From: Methanomicrobiales archaeon
Lineage (GTDB): Archaea; Halobacteriota; Methanomicrobia; Methanomicrobiales; Methanospirillaceae
Assembly (NCBI GenBank): GCA_037137755.1
Contig: JBAXJR010000046.1
Coordinates: 1 to 17,774 of the forward strand
Length of the DNA: 17,774 nucleotides
Direction of reading: 5' to 3'
In this document: positions 16,701 to 17,774 of the stretch, in pieces
How the letters are laid out: each line of letters opens with the position of its first letter
Position numbering within the stretch: position 1 is the stretch's first letter
Program-made: the position numbers and the translations under genes
Notes under the pieces: generated by a model
Told to the model about the DNA's origin: nothing
The model's database searches: none
Seen by the model: only the letters and a program-made list of their open reading frames with translations

Positions 16701-17381
16701 GAGGAGAGAGACCCGGTCCATACCTACACCGCTGACGGGGTCTACACGGTCAGTCTCCACGTGTCAAACAGCGCCTGCCAGAATAACACGGTCGAAAAAA
16801 TCGGTTACATTACCGCAGGTACCGTTCCCAAACCCCCGTTATTTGCGGATTTCACGGTTTCACCGGTGTATGGGTCGGCACCCCTGACGGTGAAATGTAA
16901 CGACAAATCCATTGGGAACCCGGGTATGATTGCGTACGATTTCGGGGACGGGGGTCTGGCTATGGGGCCGAACCCGACCCACACCTACCGGCTCCCCGGA
17001 GCGTATACGATTACCCAGACCATTACGAAGTACAATACCACGACGAATACCGTCATGAGTAGTGTTGCAACAAAACCGGATGCCATTACGGTGTTCAAGG
17101 CAATTCCGTTACCCCCGTTCGCGAGATTCACGGCATCGCCTGTAACCGGTCCGGCGCCACTTACGGTCACATTTACCGACCAATCAATGGCAAGCCCGAT
17201 CATGTATACTTATGATTTCGGGGACGGGATCAATTCAACATCCCGGAACCCGGTGCATACCTACCGGTTCCCGGGAGTCTACAATGTCAGCCTGCTGGTC
17301 GTGGAATATAACGCAGGTACGGGTTCAATGTTGAGCGATTCATATGTCCGGAATGGCCTGATCGTTGTGAATGGGACCTGA
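13710..17381 (+). CDS. Secreted/cell-surface glycoprotein: PQQ-like (BamB-type) 8-blade beta-propeller, DUF11, carboxypeptidase-regulatory-like, PEGA and 4 PKD domains
   Basis: Signal peptide YFILFFLCASVFAGCANA. Eight ~40-aa SSPAV.NGVVYVGS.D..LYALDA.TG..IW repeats (~13915-14865). DUF11-like YTISYLNKGNSPAENVVLVDHLP (~14880-15245). EPSGYIYD..NPVTTNSAGQYQW (~15545-15845). PEGA GDIWVSSTPTGAQIYLDG (from 15852). Four PKD W/Y-x-FGDG...NP.HTY motifs (~16060-17375). Many N-x-S/T sequons. Confidence 0.92.
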   Translation: MLNDQGGNSSLRNVAGYFILFFLCASVFAGCANADQAADVPGHNPAMFHADPWHSGINDDGGIRPAGSMDWTFTTGDRVYSSPAVVDGVVYVGSDDNKVYALDAASGSEKWSYLTGGRVLTSPAVVNGIVYVGSYDKNLYALDAATGTKLWSFTMKGWVTADPVVTDGVVYSGSLNDKLYAINASTGTELWNASLGAYPSVDSSPAVANGVVYVTGGEKILYALDESTGGILWSFTLNEKISGSPSVANNIVYVGCNDDNLYALDASTGATIWNYTAGGDVQSCPAVTGNIVYFGSGDNNVYALNASTGVKIWNFTTGSVVFSSPTFANGVVYVGSWDHNLYALDALTGEKIWNYTTGSVVFSSPAVANGLVYFGSLDNNIYSVGSAPGAANLMLGISGSAFHENASAMNYTISYLNKGNSPAENVVLVDHLPPSVVYLSGTGSPVYDSGTRTVTWEMGGIPSFATGSQSITVFIPSSVSYDRVLNNTVTITTTTKETRGDDNTAYTLTTVKEKWLPSQISVAPSVPGPWGGTCVFWLDPITFSFNQTNCPEETPVSISIHIDDGGPDITAPMVGGPRVWNYSTTFYPRYGAATVSFLTPGCVISGITIPITIEPSGYIYDTSSGKRIQGANVRLQWPDAEGNWVHVPTGLIPSPMQPDQNPVTTNSAGQYQWNVTKGSYRVYVEAEGHRPAATSMVNSPPPFSEMNVGLEPTNGDIWVSSTPTGAQIYLDGNNSGHTTTFLVPDVSAGQHAVVLKLAGYQDYQETVTVTAGKTTTVRGNLTAVSPGANFTADATSGFIPMAVQFTDSSMGTPPLEYLWNFGDGTPDMTGSNPLHTYTTEGTYNVTLTVSNSAGTSTLVKPGYIVAMEEIIDGGGKGYYLIHSNADGADVYFNGDWYEGKIENGTLLVETCLTCTPVWTYTVKKCGYFALTQNNTKYPGKDQVIDLYANLTRPKEPVLPDFSANITTGPVPLPVGFTSSSIGIAEAWNWSFGDGTYSEERDPVHTYTADGVYTVSLHVSNSACQNNTVEKIGYITAGTVPKPPLFADFTVSPVYGSAPLTVKCNDKSIGNPGMIAYDFGDGGLAMGPNPTHTYRLPGAYTITQTITKYNTTTNTVMSSVATKPDAITVFKAIPLPPFARFTASPVTGPAPLTVTFTDQSMASPIMYTYDFGDGINSTSRNPVHTYRFPGVYNVSLLVVEYNAGTGSMLSDSYVRNGLIVVNGT
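13915..14865 (+). repeat. Coding tandem repeats, ~120-bp period (propeller blades)
   Basis: For example, an identical 21-mer AGTGTCGTATTTTCGAGCCCG occurs at 14664-14684 and 14784-14804, exactly 120 bp apart. Confidence 0.85.
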
Positions 17382-17396
17382 ATTCCCTGTCACTCA

Positions 17397-17497
17397 TTTT
17401 TTTATATTAGGCTACCGTGTTAAAAGGCCTTTTTCTGTCATTCGCCGCGTTTATCCTGGCCCATTTATGACGGGAGAAAAAACATGCAGTTTTTTTC
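17397..17497. terminator. Oligo-T tracts / likely bidirectional terminator region between convergent genes
   Basis: T7 at 17397-17403 follows the surface-protein stop. AAAAAAC-ATGCA-GTTTTTT at 17477-17495 gives T-runs on both strands. Confidence 0.5.
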
Positions 17498-17639
17498 GGA
17501 AACCTGATGAAAAGCGATCGGGGCCAAATTGGAACCTGTCCTCCCCCGGAACAACGCGTGAATTGTGGACAGGAATTCTGCCACAGATTTCCAATTTGCC
17601 ATATTGCCAGAAAAGGAGATCTCAAAGAGTAAAATGATA

Positions 17640-17774
17640 TCAGACGTCATCCCCTGTCTTAAATGCATCCTTATTCACGTCCGGCTGTGCGTGGTAATCA
17701 AGCAGCCTTCTCACTTCGTCATACACCTTCTGCTTGTCCTGTGCCCCGGTGAAGAGGATCCGGACCCCGTCGAT
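17640..17774 (-). CDS. C-terminal 44 aa of a hypothetical protein (5' part outside the window)
   Basis: The minus-strand frame is open from the window edge: IDGVRILFTGAQDKQKVYDEVRRLLDYHAQPDVNKDAFKTGDDV* (TGA at 17642-17640). Composition is protein-like; family not recognised. Confidence 0.6.
   Translation of the reverse strand: MDGVRILFTGAQDKQKVYDEVRRLLDYHAQPDVNKDAFKTGDDV

Noticed and set aside
364-17203. Numerous 60-208 aa antisense or alternate-frame ORFs inside the large genes (e.g. 8175..8801, 8636..9145, 5313..5756, 4334..4762)
   Set aside because: These are shadow ORFs overlapping well-supported genes, with no recognisable motifs.
17522-17600. tRNA or SECIS element
   Set aside because: There is no cloverleaf with D/anticodon/T arms (GGTTCCAAT is not closed by a T-stem), and no in-frame UGA selenoprotein candidate is visible.

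Overview
Chromosomal window from a methanogenic archaeon, most likely Methanomicrobiales (Methanoregula/Methanospirillum-like). This is inferred from the REC-(PAS)n-histidine kinase architectures, the PKD/PEGA surface protein and the archaeal TATA/oligo-T signals. From left to right it contains: (1) a 5'-truncated multi-PAS histidine kinase; (2) a decaying ~1.9 kb block with a receiver-domain pseudogene, a RelE/ParE-type toxin whose antitoxin is frameshifted, and a PAP2 phosphatase pseudogene; (3) an FMN-binding PNPOx-like gene; (4) a 1601-aa REC + 10xPAS kinase, followed 11 bp later by a membrane Cache-HAMP-PAS kinase-like protein lacking the phospho-acceptor His (H->K) and the G2 ATP-lid glycines, i.e. 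a probable pseudokinase receptor; (5) two small ORFs; (6) a 1223-aa surface glycoprotein (8-blade PQQ-like propeller, DUF11, carboxypeptidase-regulatory-like, PEGA, 4xPKD); (7) a possible structured intergenic element; (8) the 3' end of a convergent gene. I found no rRNA, tRNA, CRISPR array or transposase. The best candidate for an undescribed system is the pseudokinase receptor paired with the giant cytoplasmic kinase, together with DNA-level signs of module exchange among the kinase paralogs. All domain calls are by eye from motifs; no searches were run.
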